DNA of 64,000 bases from Candidatus Latescibacterota bacterium (GTDB taxonomy: Bacteria; Latescibacterota; UBA2968; UBA8231), in contig CBDBIJ010000029.1 of assembly GCA_965205655.1 (NCBI GenBank), positions 64,766-128,765 of the forward strand, read 5' to 3'. The stretch's first letter is position 1; every line of letters starts with the position of its first letter. Shown here in pieces: positions 1-8,269 of the stretch. Position numbers and translations under genes: made by a program. The notes beneath the pieces were generated by a model that had not been told where the DNA came from, searched no databases, and worked only from the letters and a program-made list of their open reading frames with translations.

Positions 1-868
1 TGGCGGCGAATTCGAGAAAGAAGGCCTTGCCCTTGTCGCGATCGCCGCCCCGTTTTTCGGTGAGCGCGAAGAGCTCGTCTGTGACTACGACCCCGGGAAT
101 ATTGCCGCCGTGAAAATACCGCGCCGCCGGCGCGCTCAGCACGTAGACGTTGGCGATGGTGGGGATGTCGTCCATTCCTTTCAACGACATGTATTTGAGG
201 AGCTCATCCTGCTTGCGCGAGTTGTAGCCGATCTGATTGATGACGAAAGCCGCCCCCGCCTCGACCTTCTTGGCCAATTTGAAATACTGGGGCATGACTT
301 CGCGCTCGTGGCGCTTGAAATTGTTGACCACCGTCCCAAGGAAGAAGCTTGTCCGCTTCATTCTGGAGATGCGGCCCTTCGGCGTCTTTGCCTGCAAACC
401 GGCGTTCATGTCCGACAGCATCTTGAGCAGGCCAGCGGAATCGATGTCGAACACACCGGACGCGGTTCCCTGAAACCCGGCGATGGGGTAGTCGCCGGAG
501 AGAGTCAGAATGTTGTCAAACCCCTCGCTGGCCAGCTGCCAGGCCTTGCTCTGCAGGCCGTTGCGGTTCCAGTCCTTGCACGACAGGTGAATGATGACGT
601 CCTGGCCACGCGACAGCAGGTCGGTTCCCAGCGTGTCGGCGCTGAGGACGGCGTTGCCGCCGGGATTGTCGGTGATGCTCAGCCCGTGAACGCCCGGGTG
701 CTGCGCCAAAGCCCTCGCCACCTGCATGACGCGGCGGCCGCTGCGCTCCGTGATGAGGCCGCGCGAGTTGACGAGCTCCACCATGTTGACGAAGGTGTCT
801 GTTCGCTCGAGGAGATGGCGCAAGGTGCGCTTCTGCCAGGCGCTGAAAGGGGTGGTTTTCTCACTCAT
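1..868 (-). CDS. Methylenetetrahydrofolate reductase (MetF-like), running off the window edge
   Basis: Not in the ORF track because it is truncated; translated by hand from the ATG at 868, which overlaps the stop of the upstream gene. It reads MSEKTTPF...LSITDNPGGN...VIIHLSCKDWNRNGLQS...NILTLSGDYP...KKVEAGAAFVINQIGY, which are MTHFR-family motifs. Confidence 0.85.
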   Translation of the reverse strand, partial: MSEKTTPFSAWQKRTLRHLLERTDTFVNMVELVNSRGLITERSGRRVMQVARALAQHPGVHGLSITDNPGGNAVLSADTLGTDLLSRGQDVIIHLSCKDWNRNGLQSKAWQLASEGFDNILTLSGDYPIAGFQGTASGVFDIDSAGLLKMLSDMNAGLQAKTPKGRISRMKRTSFFLGTVVNNFKRHEREVMPQYFKLAKKVEAGAAFVINQIGYNSRKQDELLKYMSLKGMDDIPTIANVYVLSAPAARYFHGGNIPGVVVTDELFALTEKRGGDRDKGKAFFLEFAA

Positions 869-2565
869 GATCCTGAGACGGCTGCGCTTTCGCGAGCGGC
901 CGTGGCCGCAGCGGCAGCTGCTGTTGGATCCGGAGGGATCTGCCGCGGCATGGGTTTGAACTGACAGCCTTCGACGAAGACCTCGAAGAAGTCAGGCGTC
1001 GTTTCGAGCTCGATGTGGTCAATCTCCTTTACTGCCTCCTCGATGGCGCTGCGAGCTGTGCGGCTCATGAGAGCCTCCCGGGCCCCCTGCACGGCAGCAT
1101 TCCCGACCTTTTCGATCCGATCCTCCGGTACCGGGGCGAGAAAGCCGATATCGATGGCATTGCGAATGTCGATGTAGTTGGCGAATCCACCGGCCAGGTA
1201 GAGCTTGGAGACATCAACGGGGTCGACGCCGAAGGCGCGCAGGGCGATGTACTGGCCGCAGAAGTTGGCCGCTTTGGCCTGGGCGAGATTGCTGGCATCC
1301 TCTCTGGAAAAGGTGATGCCGTGCTCGGGAATGAGCATCATCTCGAACTGCTTCTTGTCCTCGAACACGCCCTTCTCCGTCATCCGTCTCCGCCCTCGCA
1401 GCTCGGCGAGCAAGTCGATCAGGCCTGAGCCGCAGATCCCCTGCGGTTTCACGTCGCCGATAGTGGCGTACTCGATGTCGCCGGAAGCGGCGATGCGTAT
1501 CGATTCGATAGCGCCTTCGTAGCCGGGCATGCCGTAGCGCACCGCGCCGCCGCCTTCGAAAGCGGGGCCCGCCGGACAGGAAGCGGCGAGAATGCGGCCC
1601 GCCCCGGCGATGACGACTTCAGTGTTTGTACCGACGTCGACGAGCATTTTTATTTCGTCGGAGTCGGCGGACATGTCGAGGGCAAGGAGATCGGCCGCCG
1701 TGTCGGCGCCCACATGGCTGGCGATGAGCGGCAATCCGTAGAGCCTCGTCTTGATATTCGCCCGCAAGCCCAGACGTCGGGCGAGCTGCACGAGTGCGGT
1801 CGTATCGCGCTCACCGGCGCGGTACTCGTGCTCGACGAGTGACTTGTACGGTCTCTGGCCGATGCTCTGCACGTCGAGCTTGAAAAGGATGTCCCGCATG
1901 GTGGAGTTGCCGGCGACGACGATTTCGTAGATCTCCTGCCGTTGAAATCCGTAGTGGCTGGCCAGATCCAGGATTTCGTGACTGATCGCATTCGTCACCG
2001 CCTTGCGCAACTCACCACGATGCTCGCTCCCGTCGTACGAAATGCGATTCATGACATCACTGCCGCCGAAGCGCTGCGGGTTTTCGAAGGAGCTCACGTG
2101 CACGCATTCGCCCGTCTCCAGGTCGAGGAGTTCCATCACCACCGTCGTCGTGCCCAGATCGATGGCGAGGCCGAGCATGTGGCCGCGGTAGCCGTCGATG
2201 ACCTCTCCGTCGTAGAGCACGTCGTCATCCCGCCTGGTCACGAATGGGTCCAGCGCGACCTCCTTCTCCTGGGTTAGAGAGAGAATTTTGGGCTTTCGTC
2301 GCAGAGGGGTGAATTCGATATCGACATCGTCTCGATCGATGACGGCCTGACAGGCGAGGCGATAGCTATCCCGCAGGAACGACTCTGCATCGGTCGGTGG
2401 CCGAAGGGCCTCCATGCCCCTGGTGATGTCTACGATGCACTCGTGACAGTTGCCGGTGCGATAGCAGGAAGTTGGCACCTGAACCGCGAGGTCGTCGGCA
2501 TAGTCGAAGATCGTTTTGCCGGGCGATAGCGGGCGCTCTTCACCGTCGTGGGAAATCGTCGCCAT
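865..2565 (-). CDS. ATP-dependent reductive activator of corrinoid proteins (RACo-type; N-terminal 2Fe-2S plus ASKHA/DUF4445)
   Basis: N-terminal C-x4-C-x2-C...RLACQ ferredoxin motif; AIDLGTTT, FGGSDVMNRI, HVGAD, DVGTNTE, GPAFEG, GICGSG and LAGGF motifs. Confidence 0.92.
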   Translation of the reverse strand: MATISHDGEERPLSPGKTIFDYADDLAVQVPTSCYRTGNCHECIVDITRGMEALRPPTDAESFLRDSYRLACQAVIDRDDVDIEFTPLRRKPKILSLTQEKEVALDPFVTRRDDDVLYDGEVIDGYRGHMLGLAIDLGTTTVVMELLDLETGECVHVSSFENPQRFGGSDVMNRISYDGSEHRGELRKAVTNAISHEILDLASHYGFQRQEIYEIVVAGNSTMRDILFKLDVQSIGQRPYKSLVEHEYRAGERDTTALVQLARRLGLRANIKTRLYGLPLIASHVGADTAADLLALDMSADSDEIKMLVDVGTNTEVVIAGAGRILAASCPAGPAFEGGGAVRYGMPGYEGAIESIRIAASGDIEYATIGDVKPQGICGSGLIDLLAELRGRRRMTEKGVFEDKKQFEMMLIPEHGITFSREDASNLAQAKAANFCGQYIALRAFGVDPVDVSKLYLAGGFANYIDIRNAIDIGFLAPVPEDRIEKVGNAAVQGAREALMSRTARSAIEEAVKEIDHIELETTPDFFEVFVEGCQFKPMPRQIPPDPTAAAAAATAARESAAVSGS

Positions 2566-2569
2566 CGTC

Positions 2570-2899
2570 TCAGTCGGTGGAATCGTGGTCAGTACGCCGG
2601 CGGGCCGCCTGATTCTTGATCTTTTCGATCTTGGCCTTCGCCTTGTCGTAGGATTGAGGGTCCGACTCCCAGGCCTCGCGATAATCGAAGCGGCCGTCGT
2701 GGCCGCACATCAACTCGTCACCCCCTGAAGTGGGGGGTTGCTGGTTGTGGCAGTGAAACTTCGCCGTGCACTGGTCGAAACGGTTCCGGTACGGGCAGCG
2801 GCTGTTGGCCTGCTCGTCGGCATGGGTGACCATACCGGCGAACAGCTCTGTAATCCGGTCGAGTCTCTTCTGGAGTTCCTCTTTGGCGATCTCCGCCAT
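2570..2899 (-). CDS. Hypothetical protein with four-Cys motif (CX8CX5CX14C)
   Basis: 109-aa ORF packed 3-4 bp from both neighbours in the operon. Confidence 0.75.
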   Translation of the reverse strand: MAEIAKEELQKRLDRITELFAGMVTHADEQANSRCPYRNRFDQCTAKFHCHNQQPPTSGGDELMCGHDGRFDYREAWESDPQSYDKAKAKIEKIKNQAARRRTDHDSTD

Positions 2900-2902
2900 C
2901 CG

Positions 2903-3652
2903 TTAAGCGCCGACGCCGGCGAGCTGCTTGGCGAGAGCGACGCAGGCCAGGGCGTCCTTGCCGTAGCCGTCGGCCCCCATGTCGTCGGCGAACTCCTGGG
3001 TCACCGGGGCGCCGCCGACCATGATCTGCACATCATCCCTGAGATCGGCATCGATGAACGCCTCGATGGTCTTGCCCATGTTCGGCATCGTCGTCGTCAG
3101 CAATGCCGACATGCCCATGAGCGGCGCGCTGTGCTCCTCCACGGCCTCCATGAACTCATCCTCCGAGGTGTCGACACCGAGGTCGACGACCTCGAAGCCG
3201 GCGCCGTTCAGCATCATGATGCACAGGTTCTTGCCGATGTCGTGGAGGTCTCCTTTCACGGTTCCCATGACCACGGTGCTGAGCTTCTCGACGCCGGATG
3301 CCGACAGGATGGGCTCGATATGGGCCATGCCCGCCTTCATGGCGCGGGCGCAGGCGAGGACTTCCGGTACGAAGATGAAGTTCTCGCGGAACTTGATACC
3401 CACGATTCCCATTCCGGCGATGAGACCGTCGTCCATGATCTCGAGCGCTTCCACGCCTTCCTCGAGGGCCTGCCTGGTCAACTTATCCACCGTGCCGTGA
3501 TCGCCTTCGATGAGGGCGGCGGCGGCGTTCTGCATCAGAGGGCGCGCCCTGGCGAAGATTTCGATGCTGCGCTCGATCTCCTCGGGGCGCTCGACGTATT
3601 CCTCGATCTCGTCGCGAATCGTCTCGTTCTGAATGTCCGATAGCTCAGCCAT
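2903..3652 (-). CDS. Corrinoid (B12-binding) methyl-carrier protein, MtaC/MtbC-like
   Basis: B12 cap region (GLIAGMGIVG..FVPEVL) and GDLHDIGKN, GMSALLTTTM and VGGAP motifs. Confidence 0.95.
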   Translation of the reverse strand: MAELSDIQNETIRDEIEEYVERPEEIERSIEIFARARPLMQNAAAALIEGDHGTVDKLTRQALEEGVEALEIMDDGLIAGMGIVGIKFRENFIFVPEVLACARAMKAGMAHIEPILSASGVEKLSTVVMGTVKGDLHDIGKNLCIMMLNGAGFEVVDLGVDTSEDEFMEAVEEHSAPLMGMSALLTTTMPNMGKTIEAFIDADLRDDVQIMVGGAPVTQEFADDMGADGYGKDALACVALAKQLAGVGA

Positions 3653-3654
3653 GT

Positions 3655-4704
3655 TCAGTTCTTCGATACGTGCTCGGCGTGCCAGTCGCGCACCGCCCTG
3701 GGGATCTCTTTCAGGTTATCGATGGAAGTCTGCAGGGGAATGGCGCACTCCGGACCCACGAGATCGACGCCGGCATCGAGGTTCTTGTAGACTTCCTGTC
3801 TCACCGTCTCCGGTCCTTTCGAGAACAGGGTCTCCGGGTTGTTGATGTTCCCCACAAGGGAGATGCGATTCTTGACGATGTCCATCGACTCTGCCGGCTC
3901 GTTCTTCGAATCGTAGTGGAATGCCGCCATGCCGGTCTGGGCGATGTATTCCATGCGATCGACGGTGCGGCCGCAGATGTGCAGAATCAGGGGAATAGGT
4001 ATGCGCTCGCAGAATTCGATGTGCATTTCGCGCAGGTAGCGCTCGTAGTACTCGCCGCTCACCAGATCGCCGGTGGCGTGGTCGGGCAAGGTGAGGCCGT
4101 CGGCGCCAGCCTCGATCTGGGCGACCCCGAAATCGATCGTCACCTTCTTCAGCTTTTCGAGAATCCGCTTCGTGTGATCGGGATCGTCCAGCGACAGTAG
4201 CAGAAAAGGCTCGACTCCGAAGGTGTGATAGGCCAGCGACCAGGGGCCCATGGTCTTGCCGATGATGGCCACTTCGTCGCCGTATTCCCTTTTGAGAATC
4301 TCGATCGCTCTCAGGACACAGCTCGTGTCCTGGTGCGTCAGCAGGTCGGGAGGGATGACGATATCGTCGGCGGTTTCGTAGATCGGCTCCCGCATTTTCA
4401 CGGTGGGCCAGTTATCCTTCTGCTCCCACTGAATCTTGCATCCCAGGGCGGATGACTCCTGGATGATGGTGAAGACAGGCATGATGGAATCGAAACCGAG
4501 CTCGGTGTATCCGGTGGCGGCGAGTCGAGCCATGAGTTCGGGATCACGGTTGGCGTCGGGGAAGGGGGCATCGACGAGATCCATCAGCTCCACAGTGGCA
4601 ACCGAGGTGGGGTTGCACACCGGCGTTCTGTCCACGGCCTCTCGCTTGAAGGCAGCCAGGACCCTCTGGCGTCCACTCATTGCTTTCGGTGTCCGATCGC
4701 TCAT
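3655..4704 (-). CDS. MtaA/CmuA-family (URO-D fold) corrinoid methyltransferase
   Basis: URO-D-like N-terminus (SGRQRVLAAFKREAVDRTPV), Zn-ligand pattern LHICG...GPECA, and LVGNIN; adjacent to the corrinoid protein. Confidence 0.88.
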   Translation of the reverse strand: MSDRTPKAMSGRQRVLAAFKREAVDRTPVCNPTSVATVELMDLVDAPFPDANRDPELMARLAATGYTELGFDSIMPVFTIIQESSALGCKIQWEQKDNWPTVKMREPIYETADDIVIPPDLLTHQDTSCVLRAIEILKREYGDEVAIIGKTMGPWSLAYHTFGVEPFLLLSLDDPDHTKRILEKLKKVTIDFGVAQIEAGADGLTLPDHATGDLVSGEYYERYLREMHIEFCERIPIPLILHICGRTVDRMEYIAQTGMAAFHYDSKNEPAESMDIVKNRISLVGNINNPETLFSKGPETVRQEVYKNLDAGVDLVGPECAIPLQTSIDNLKEIPRAVRDWHAEHVSKN

Positions 4705-4713
4705 AGCTCTTCC

Positions 4714-5355
4714 TCACCTCTGTTGGCTCGGGGCGGCGAGAACGCCGCCGCCCGATTGGTCCTGCTCTCTCATGGCGGCACGCACGTTCGGCGCGCGCAC
4801 GAGCAACAACCCCGCGAGTGCGTGATGGTCACAGGCGCAGTCGAAGGCGACGATGTTGTCGGCCTCCGACTCCAGCGTCATTTCGCCCAGTTTGACGAGG
4901 CCGCCGGAGATGGCGGAGACTCGCCGACTGTTGTCGTCGTCGTCCCCTTCAGCGGTGACCTGATATCTTCCATCCCCCGTGGCGACGACGGTGACGTCCC
5001 TGTCCGCCTTCTTATCGAAGATGGTCAGCGGCCTGGGCTCGAGCGTGCCGCCGGTTACCAGCTTGCAGGCTTCGAGGAACACCCTCTTGCACGCCTTGAA
5101 ATGCCCGGATCCGCAGGGGAAGCGGAGCGTGTGCTCGCTCTCTGTGCGCTCCATACCGCCGAGCACCGTCATCGCCTCAGCGACAAAATCGATGCGGACC
5201 GCAGCGTTATCCTTCGAGCTGTAGGTATGAACGAGAAATTCGGAGCCGCCCTCCCCATCCTGCTCGTAGAGAGCGATGGATATGTCGCCAAAGTGCGAAT
5301 CGATGGGCAGGAGCTCGATCCGCCTGCCGAGATCAAGGGTCAAGCCCATATCCAA
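4714..5355 (-). CDS. Hypothetical protein, first gene of the methyltransferase operon, with an internal duplication
   Basis: 213-aa ORF preceded by an RBS-like GAGGGAG; two F-x-C-x3-H motifs. Confidence 0.75.
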   Translation of the reverse strand: MDMGLTLDLGRRIELLPIDSHFGDISIALYEQDGEGGSEFLVHTYSSKDNAAVRIDFVAEAMTVLGGMERTESEHTLRFPCGSGHFKACKRVFLEACKLVTGGTLEPRPLTIFDKKADRDVTVVATGDGRYQVTAEGDDDDNSRRVSAISGGLVKLGEMTLESEADNIVAFDCACDHHALAGLLLVRAPNVRAAMREQDQSGGGVLAAPSQQR

Positions 5356-5383
5356 CTCCCTCTCCCTCTGCGAGTAAAATCGC

Positions 5384-5438
5384 TTGACACAGCGTGGCCG
5401 GTCCGTTATGAATGGTAATATGACTGATGGTCAGACCT
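5384..5438 (+). promoter_or_regulatory. sigma70-like promoter and FadR-type operator in the divergent intergenic region
   Basis: TTGACA (5384-5389), 17 bp, TATGAA (5407-5412); TGGTCAGACCT (5428-5438) resembles the TGGTnnnACCA operators of FadR-subfamily regulators. Confidence 0.55.
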
Positions 5439-6214
5439 TTGGCAAGGAAAAAGCGCTTCCGCCCCCAGAGGCCGTCGACGAGCTTCGGCCGATCCCTCGT
5501 AGCTCGGTGAGCGACGCCATCGTTGACCAACTCATCGACCTCATCACCCGGGAAGTGCTCAAGCCAGGCGATCGTCTGCCGTCAGAGCGCGAACTCTGCA
5601 AACGATTCGGCGTCGGGCGCACATCGGTCCGGGAAGCTCTGCGTTCACTCGCCGTCATGGGGATCCTCGACGGCAGGGTGGGGGACGGGACCTTCGTGTC
5701 CGACAACCGCCGATACCTCGAGCGGACTCTCCAATGGGGACTGCTCCTAGACCCCAAGAAGGTCGACGATCTCATAGAGACCCGTCTCATGCTCGAGTCG
5801 AACACGGCCTGTTGGGCAGCCGAACGAGCCGTCGAAGAGAATCTCACGCAGATGCGTGGATCCCTCGATGGCATGGAACGATCGATCGGTGAACCCGAGC
5901 GCTTTCTGGAATTCGATCTCCAGTTCCATCTCGAGATCGCGCTCGCGAGTCACAACTCCATCCTCCACAATCTCGTGAGCATGATCCGGGGCTATTTGCA
6001 GGAGTGGATCGAGGGAAGCCTGAAAACGCCCTCTTCCGCAGCGACGGAGCGGGCGCGCCTCTCCGTGTCACAGCACCGTTCCATCGTCGCCGCCATCGCT
6101 GATCGAGATGGCGATCTGGCGCGTCGGGAGATGAGCGGCCACATCCTCTCGAGCAGTCGCGACCTCCGGGATCACATCGGGGTCGATTCGGATAATGATT
6201 CGGATAATGGTTGA
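5420..6214 (+). CDS. GntR/FadR-family transcriptional regulator
   Basis: LKPGDRLPSERELCKRFGVGRTSVREAL wHTH plus FCD domain (DLQFHLEIALASHN...QHRSI). Start position uncertain. Confidence 0.93.
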   Translation: MTDGQTFGKEKALPPPEAVDELRPIPRSSVSDAIVDQLIDLITREVLKPGDRLPSERELCKRFGVGRTSVREALRSLAVMGILDGRVGDGTFVSDNRRYLERTLQWGLLLDPKKVDDLIETRLMLESNTACWAAERAVEENLTQMRGSLDGMERSIGEPERFLEFDLQFHLEIALASHNSILHNLVSMIRGYLQEWIEGSLKTPSSAATERARLSVSQHRSIVAAIADRDGDLARREMSGHILSSSRDLRDHIGVDSDNDSDNG

Positions 6215-6220
6215 GTGAGC

Positions 6221-7401
6221 TAGTGTATTGTCGTATAAATAACTTGTACTAGTACAGTTGTGTGGTTAAGTTTCATCCAGACCTATTCCACAAACAAGGA
6301 ACGGAGGAAACTCATGCCACGCGGACGCTTTCTTCCACCTCTCGAAATGACGGGGCAAACTCGGCAGCAATTGGAATCAATGGCCAAATCTCGATCCCTG
6401 CCGCACGGTTTGGTGCGACGCGCCGAGATCGTGTTGCTGGCCGCCGAGGGATGGCCCAACAAGGCCATCGGCGAAGCTGTGGGGCTGTCACAAGTGACCG
6501 TCGGCAAGTGGCGTCGTCGCTTCGTGGAAAACGGCCTCAACGGGTTGTACGACGAGCTGCGACCCGGTGCGCCCCGATCGATCTCGGACGAACAAGTGGC
6601 CGAGGTGGTATACAAGACACTGAAGACCAAGCCGGAGGACAAAACCCAGTGGACGGTGCGCTCCATGGGCGAGGAGACCGGCCTGACCAAGGACGCGGTC
6701 CATCGCATCTGGCGCACATTCGGCTTACAGCCGCACCGGACCCAGAATTTCAAGCTGTCCACTGATCCTTTCTTCGTGGATAAGGTGCGCGATGTTGTGG
6801 GCTTGTATCTCAACCCGCCCGACCATGCCGTCGTCCTGTGCGTTGACGAGAAGAGCCAAGTGCAGGCTCTGGAGCGCAGTCAGCCGTTGCTGCCGCTGGG
6901 CCTGGGCTACGCGGAGGGCGTCACCCACGACTACAAGCGACACGGCACCACAACGCTGTTTGCCGCTCTGGATGTGGCCACCGGTGAAGTCCTGACTCAG
7001 TGCAAGCCTCGTCATCGCCATCAGGAGTTTTTGCAGTTCCTACGCCATATCGACGCGAACGTGCCTGCGGATCTGGACGTTCACTTGATCGTCGACAACT
7101 ACGGCACCCACAAGTACGCCAGCGTCAAGAAGTGGTTGGCCAGCCGGCCCCGATTCCACCTCCACTTTACTCCGACCTACGCCTCGTGGCTCAACCAGGT
7201 CGAGATCTGGTTCAACATCATCACGCGGCGAGCCATCCGGCGTGGCTCATTCCGCAAGGTCAAAGAGCTCATTCAGAGGATCGAGCGCTACACCGACAAA
7301 TGGAACGCCAACGCCCATCCCTTTGTGTGGACGGCCACGGCCGACTCGATCCTTGCCAAGGTCAAACGACTATGTCAATGTATTTCTGCGACGGAACACT
7401 A
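6221..7401 (+). mobile_element. IS630-family insertion sequence, copy 1
   Basis: TA at both ends within CTAG; imperfect IRs tagtgtattgtcgtataaata / tagtgttccgtcgcagaaata; near-identical inverted copy at 14074-15254. Confidence 0.93.
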
Positions 7402-7402
7402 G
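6314..7402 (+). CDS. IS630 transposase
   Basis: HTH repeats plus DDE motifs (CVDEKS, IVDNY, SWLNQVE); the TAG stop overlaps the target site. Confidence 0.93.
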   Translation: MPRGRFLPPLEMTGQTRQQLESMAKSRSLPHGLVRRAEIVLLAAEGWPNKAIGEAVGLSQVTVGKWRRRFVENGLNGLYDELRPGAPRSISDEQVAEVVYKTLKTKPEDKTQWTVRSMGEETGLTKDAVHRIWRTFGLQPHRTQNFKLSTDPFFVDKVRDVVGLYLNPPDHAVVLCVDEKSQVQALERSQPLLPLGLGYAEGVTHDYKRHGTTTLFAALDVATGEVLTQCKPRHRHQEFLQFLRHIDANVPADLDVHLIVDNYGTHKYASVKKWLASRPRFHLHFTPTYASWLNQVEIWFNIITRRAIRRGSFRKVKELIQRIERYTDKWNANAHPFVWTATADSILAKVKRLCQCISATEH

Positions 7403-7407
7403 GAACC

Positions 7408-8205
7408 ATGACTGTTGAAGAAATCCTGTCGCGCCTGCAGACCGACGGCTGGTGCACGGTCGAGGGGGTGATCCCCGCCGACAGGATAGGTCCCGTTCGC
7501 GCGGAGGTAGAGGCGGTGACCGCCGCCCATGGTGTGAGCAAGACCTACGAAGGATTGCGCAGTGGCTGGGGTATTATCGGTTCCATCCCCTCCTTCGTAC
7601 CCCACGTAGCGGACGAGCGCGTCTTCGGTGTGGCGCAGAGGTGGTTCGGCCCGCACGTGCGGATTTCCTACACCTATTCCATGGTCACGACGCCGGGCAA
7701 CGCCCGTGGCGGCTGGCACGCGGACTGGCCCTATGCCCAGAACAAGGCCGGCCATATTCCGGCGCCCTACCCGGACTTTTCGGTGCAGCTTTCGAGCCTG
7801 TGGCTGATCTCCGACTTCACCATAGAAAACGGCGGCACCTGGATCGTGCCCGGCAGTCACCGGCAGCGCAACAACCCCACCGGCGACATGGGCGTCGACC
7901 GCTTCGAACCCGACCCGACCGAGATGCAGGTCACCGGGCCGGCCGGCAGCGTCCTCGTCTTCGACAGCCGCCTGTGGCATGCCACGGCGAGCAACGACAG
8001 CACTGAGCCGCGAGTGGCGGTGGTGGTGCGCTATGTCCCCTGGTGGCTCAATCTGGAGGTGTTGATGCCCGGTTCGGATGAACGCAAGCGCATGGTGGAG
8101 GAGCCGGGCCTGTTGGAAAACGAGGTACCGGCGGTGACGCCCGATGAGTACGCGGCCCTGCCGGATGAGGTCAAACCCCTCTACCGGCACTGGGTAAGAG
8201 GGTGA
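7408..8205 (+). CDS. Phytanoyl-CoA dioxygenase (PhyH)-family Fe/2OG dioxygenase
   Basis: True start MTVEEIL.. lies just after the IS; WHAD, NGGTWIVPGSH and FDSRLWH motifs. Confidence 0.88.
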   Translation: MTVEEILSRLQTDGWCTVEGVIPADRIGPVRAEVEAVTAAHGVSKTYEGLRSGWGIIGSIPSFVPHVADERVFGVAQRWFGPHVRISYTYSMVTTPGNARGGWHADWPYAQNKAGHIPAPYPDFSVQLSSLWLISDFTIENGGTWIVPGSHRQRNNPTGDMGVDRFEPDPTEMQVTGPAGSVLVFDSRLWHATASNDSTEPRVAVVVRYVPWWLNLEVLMPGSDERKRMVEEPGLLENEVPAVTPDEYAALPDEVKPLYRHWVRG

Positions 8206-8269
8206 GACGTGAATCTCATTCGCTACATAGACAATGTCCGCAACAGATAATAGCACAGGAGATTGAGTC

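Noticed and set aside
110..964. Long plus-strand ORF and similar antisense ORFs throughout (e.g. 23255-24157, 40447-41784, 61392-62564)
   Set aside because: Shadow ORFs opposite clear genes, as expected in GC-rich DNA.
7000..7407. N-terminal extension of PhyH in the 401-aa ORF
   Set aside because: It is an alternative frame of the IS630 transposase; the same peptide recurs at copy 2.
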